Shown one piece after another: positions 60,874-64,000 of a stretch of 64,000 bases of DNA; the stretch's first letter is position 1, and each line of letters opens with the position of its first letter. Source of the DNA: Longimicrobiales bacterium (GTDB lineage Bacteria > Gemmatimonadota > Gemmatimonadetes > Longimicrobiales > Gaopeijiaceae); NCBI GenBank assembly GCA_965248195.1, contig CBDFIQ010000001.1:928001-992000 (forward strand), read 5' to 3'. Below the pieces are notes generated by a model. It searched no databases, was not told the origin of the DNA, and was given only the letters and a program-made list of their open reading frames with translations. Position numbers and translations under genes: made by a program.

Positions 60874-62070
60874 ATGGCGATCACCTCTAGGGACCCGAGC
60901 ACGATCGTCACGCCGGACGCGTTTTCCGTGCATACCTCCCTTCTGGGAACCCCCCTCGCTTCCCCGTCGCGCCGTGGCGTCGCTCTCCTCGTCGACATCT
61001 TTCTGGTCGCTTTGATCACGGCACTCACGAGCGGTGTTTGGTTTATTCTCGGCGTGGTCGCCGCCGCTTTTTTCTTCACCCGTGCCAAGAAGGAGGGGAA
61101 GAACGACCGTAGGTCCAACGTGCTTCGGCTCTTTCTCGGGTGTATGGGGGTCATGGCCTTGTCTACGACCGCGGTGGTGTTTTTCGGGATACGGTACATG
61201 AACGAGCGCCCCGAGGAGTTCGGCCCCTTTTCTTCCATGGAGAGCGAGGGGCGGAGCCCGCTCGGGTCATCCGGCGGATCGGCGGCCGACCGCCTCCTCA
61301 CCGTTCTCGGAGGTTTCCAGGAGGTTGCCGAACTCAGATCCACGAGCGACCCCGACGGGGCGGTGGCCCTTGCCGTCAGCATTGGACGTCGGGTCCAGGA
61401 GCTCGAACCCACCGAGAATGTCGAGGAGCTGCTTCGGGACGCCATTCCTGAAGTGGTGGGTCGTGTCGATGGCGATGAGATCCTAGCCCGCGCGATGGTC
61501 CAGCTAAGCTCATCCGCCGCGGATGTGGCTGAACCTGCCGACTCGAGGCTGGCGGAAGCCATCGAACTAGCCGGAGACACGATCGGGGAGCTCGAGCAAG
61601 GTCTGATGCGTGCTCAGCGCGATCTCGAAGACACTCGCGCCGATCTCGAGGACTCTCGCGCCGACCTCGATGAGGCCGTTCAGAGACGCGGACTCGTCGG
61701 ATGGTTCACCAGCCGAATCGATTCGTTGGGCTTCGGCTTGGGGTGGTGGACGCTCTACTTCGCCATCCTCATGCCCTGGATGAAGGGCCAGACCCCGGGC
61801 AAACGCGCTTTGGGCGTCCGCGTGGTGCGCCTCGATGGTCAGCCGGTCACGTGGTGGCACGCCTTCGAGCGCGCCGGTGGATACGCAGCCGGCGTGGCGA
61901 CCGGGACGCTGGGATTCCTTCAGGTCTACTGGGACGCGAATCGGCAGGCGATCCACGACAAGGTCGCCGGAACCGTAGTCATCCGCGAGGGCGCCCCCAC
62001 GGTGCCGGGGAATTGGGATCGGCAGGTCACGGGTAGCCCCACGCAGCCCAGCGAGGCGGGGCCGGCCTAG
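60874..62070 (+). CDS. RDD-family membrane protein with coiled-coil insertion
   Basis: ASPSRRGVALLVD, GQTPGKR, IHDKVAGT. Confidence 0.85.
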   Translation: MAITSRDPSTIVTPDAFSVHTSLLGTPLASPSRRGVALLVDIFLVALITALTSGVWFILGVVAAAFFFTRAKKEGKNDRRSNVLRLFLGCMGVMALSTTAVVFFGIRYMNERPEEFGPFSSMESEGRSPLGSSGGSAADRLLTVLGGFQEVAELRSTSDPDGAVALAVSIGRRVQELEPTENVEELLRDAIPEVVGRVDGDEILARAMVQLSSSAADVAEPADSRLAEAIELAGDTIGELEQGLMRAQRDLEDTRADLEDSRADLDEAVQRRGLVGWFTSRIDSLGFGLGWWTLYFAILMPWMKGQTPGKRALGVRVVRLDGQPVTWWHAFERAGGYAAGVATGTLGFLQVYWDANRQAIHDKVAGTVVIREGAPTVPGNWDRQVTGSPTQPSEAGPA

Positions 62071-62096
62071 CCGGCGCCGCGATTCGCCGACCAACC

Positions 62097-62834
62097 ATGG
62101 ACGCCACGAGTATCTCCCTGCCTTTCGCGTTTCTGGCAGGATTGGTCTCGTTCCTTTCACCGTGCGTGCTCCCTGTCGTGCCGGCCTACTTGAGCTTCGT
62201 CTCCGGCCTCACGATGGACGAGCTGTCCGATGGCTCCACAGCCACCGTGCGACGGACCGCCGTGCTCCACGCGGCCCTTTTCATTCTTGGCTTTCTTCTG
62301 GTCTTCATGACCCTGGGTGCGTCCGCCACGGCCGCCGGCCAGGCGTTCAATCGAATGCTTCCCATCATCACCCGGGTCGGCGGAGTGGTGGTCATCGTTC
62401 TCGGGGTCTTGCTCCTCGACTGGGTTCGACTCCCGCCGCTGGCACGGGACCTGCGCGTCCATCTCCGCACCAAGCCCTCCGGCGCTGCCGGCTCCGTGGT
62501 CGTGGGGATCGTGTTCGGCGCCGGATGGACCCCGTGCATCGGGCCGATCCTGGCCACGATCCTCCTCTACGCCTCGATGGAGGCGACGCTCACGCGAGGA
62601 ACCCTCCTGCTCGCCATGTACGGTCTCGGGCTCGGCCTTCCCTTCTTGGTTGCCGCCATCGGGTTTAACTGGTTTCTTACGAGTCTGGAGGCGTTGCGCC
62701 GGTGGGCCCGGCCCCTTCAGAGGATCGCGGGGATCCTTTTGGTGGTGATCGGCGTTCTTCTCGTTACCGGGAGGTTCGCCGCCGTCTCGGCTTCGCTTGC
62801 GGACCTCGGGCAATGGATCAACCTGGAACTGTGA
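62097..62834 (+). CDS. ccdA: Cytochrome c biogenesis protein CcdA
   Basis: SFLSPCVLP, GWTPCIGP. Confidence 0.93.
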   Translation: MDATSISLPFAFLAGLVSFLSPCVLPVVPAYLSFVSGLTMDELSDGSTATVRRTAVLHAALFILGFLLVFMTLGASATAAGQAFNRMLPIITRVGGVVVIVLGVLLLDWVRLPPLARDLRVHLRTKPSGAAGSVVVGIVFGAGWTPCIGPILATILLYASMEATLTRGTLLLAMYGLGLGLPFLVAAIGFNWFLTSLEALRRWARPLQRIAGILLVVIGVLLVTGRFAAVSASLADLGQWINLEL

Positions 62835-63667
62835 TGAACCCAATCTACCCTACGCATGGTGTGGCGCCGATGAAACGTTGGAATTTGGGGCGGCTCCTGT
62901 TCGCCGTCCTGATCGCGTTCGGAGCGGCGACCGCATGCACCCCAGGCGACTCGGGCGGGGCCGATGGGGACGCGGCGGTCGGCACGCGCCTGACGACGAT
63001 CGACGCCAGCGCACTCCGTTCCCGCGGTTTCAACAGCTCCGAGCCGGGGAGCGCCGGCCTGGCGATGCTCAACCGGGCAGGGGTCCCGGGACCGACTCCA
63101 GAGCAGATGACCATCGACTCCCTCGGTTTCGATTTTGGAACGTCCGAGGCGCCCCTTCGAATGATCGAGTTCTTCGACTACGGTTGCGGCTTTTGCCGAG
63201 CGTTCCACCAGGAAACGCGCGGACCGCTCCACGAAGAGTACGTGGAGCCGGGGCAGGTTCTCTGGAAGTCGGTTCCCTTCGTCATCGGCAGGTGGCCGGC
63301 CTCGGTGCCCGTGTCGCTCGCCGCCGAGTGCGCGGGAGACCAAGGGCGGGGTTACTTCGAGTCGATCTCCACCCTCATCTTCGAACACCAGAGCGACTGG
63401 AAATCGGCCGCCGCTCCCGCGGAGCTGGCGGAAGGGTACGCCGAGGCGGTGGGGCTCGATATGGAGAGATACCGGACCTGTGTCGAGGGCAACGAGCTTC
63501 TTTGGAGGGTGCAGGCACAGACCGAGTTCGCTGAGCAAATCGGTGTCCGGGGGACGCCCACCTTCTTTCTCATCGGCTGGGGGCCGATCCAGGGCGCGCT
63601 TCCGTTGGAGACGTTCCGGCAGGTCATCGATACCGTGCTCGTCGAGGTCGCCGCCGAGCAGCCTTAG
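62834..63667 (+). CDS. DsbA-family thioredoxin-fold lipoprotein
   Basis: Lipobox ATAC, DYGCGFC, GTPTF. Confidence 0.88.
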   Translation: MNPIYPTHGVAPMKRWNLGRLLFAVLIAFGAATACTPGDSGGADGDAAVGTRLTTIDASALRSRGFNSSEPGSAGLAMLNRAGVPGPTPEQMTIDSLGFDFGTSEAPLRMIEFFDYGCGFCRAFHQETRGPLHEEYVEPGQVLWKSVPFVIGRWPASVPVSLAAECAGDQGRGYFESISTLIFEHQSDWKSAAAPAELAEGYAEAVGLDMERYRTCVEGNELLWRVQAQTEFAEQIGVRGTPTFFLIGWGPIQGALPLETFRQVIDTVLVEVAAEQP

Positions 63668-63669
63668 CC

Positions 63670-64000
63670 GTGAAGCCGTGTCTGGGTGCTCTGGCCCGCG
63701 TGGTGGCCCGCGTGGTGGTCCGCGTAGTGAGGCGGACGGTCTGGGTGACGCTACCCGCGCTCACGGCCTGCGGACACTTCCCGGCCGACGGATCGGAGTG
63801 CCGCCCCCTCGGACGTTCCATTGCTCTCCCTGGCGCTCTTCTCGAAGCCAGCGGCGTGGCCGTCGGCGTCCGGAGCCCCGGCCTGATCTGGACGCACAAC
63901 GATGGGTCGCGGCGACCATTTCTTTACGTGGTCGACGAGGAGGGTCGGGTCCAGGCCCGCCTCGAGGTGGACCAATCCGTCGATGATTGGGAGGACATTG
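63670..64000 (+). CDS. Secreted/lipoprotein beta-propeller-like protein, 5' part
   Basis: Manual translation: LTAC lipobox, EASG, WTHND, DWEDI; runs off window. Confidence 0.7.
   Translation, partial: MKPCLGALARVVARVVVRVVRRTVWVTLPALTACGHFPADGSECRPLGRSIALPGALLEASGVAVGVRSPGLIWTHNDGSRRPFLYVVDEEGRVQARLEVDQSVDDWEDI

Noticed and set aside
10779..61580. Long antisense ORFs (e.g. 10779-12017, 22151-23299, 24027-25304, 32267-33466, 35401-36633, 60441-61580)
   Set aside because: They lie opposite well-supported genes, lack motifs, and are expected in high-GC DNA.

Overview
High-GC bacterial chromosome segment, probably Gemmatimonadota (inferred from the lineage-typical Ser/Thr-kinase N-terminal motif and SusC-like receptor; not database-verified). 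The first ~7 kb is a rearranged accessory block. It has three co-oriented, apparently identical 1,567-bp IS3-family elements whose conserved sequence extends 7 bp beyond the TG...CA inverted repeats, interleaved with AT-richer foreign fragments (a truncated 2-TM gene and a damaged aminotransferase). The rest is mostly housekeeping: tRNA-Val/tRNA-Glu, ligA-polX-antiporter-fabI-aminotransferase, ECF sigma/anti-sigma, a sufCBD-Rieske-sufS-sufU-ogt operon with a Fur-like box, proC-proB-proA, metZ, pyc, brxA/B, and ccdA/dsbA. The most notable unannotated signals are (1) an Arg/Pro-rich leader peptide with a terminator/antiterminator (candidate attenuator) before proCBA, (2) the non-canonical IS ends, supported by a 3-bp target duplication, (3) a VWA lipoprotein split at a G15 tract (candidate phase variation), (4) two orphan kinase N-termini, and (5) pervasive short tandem duplications at gene boundaries. 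All calls come from motif recognition by eye; no searches were run.
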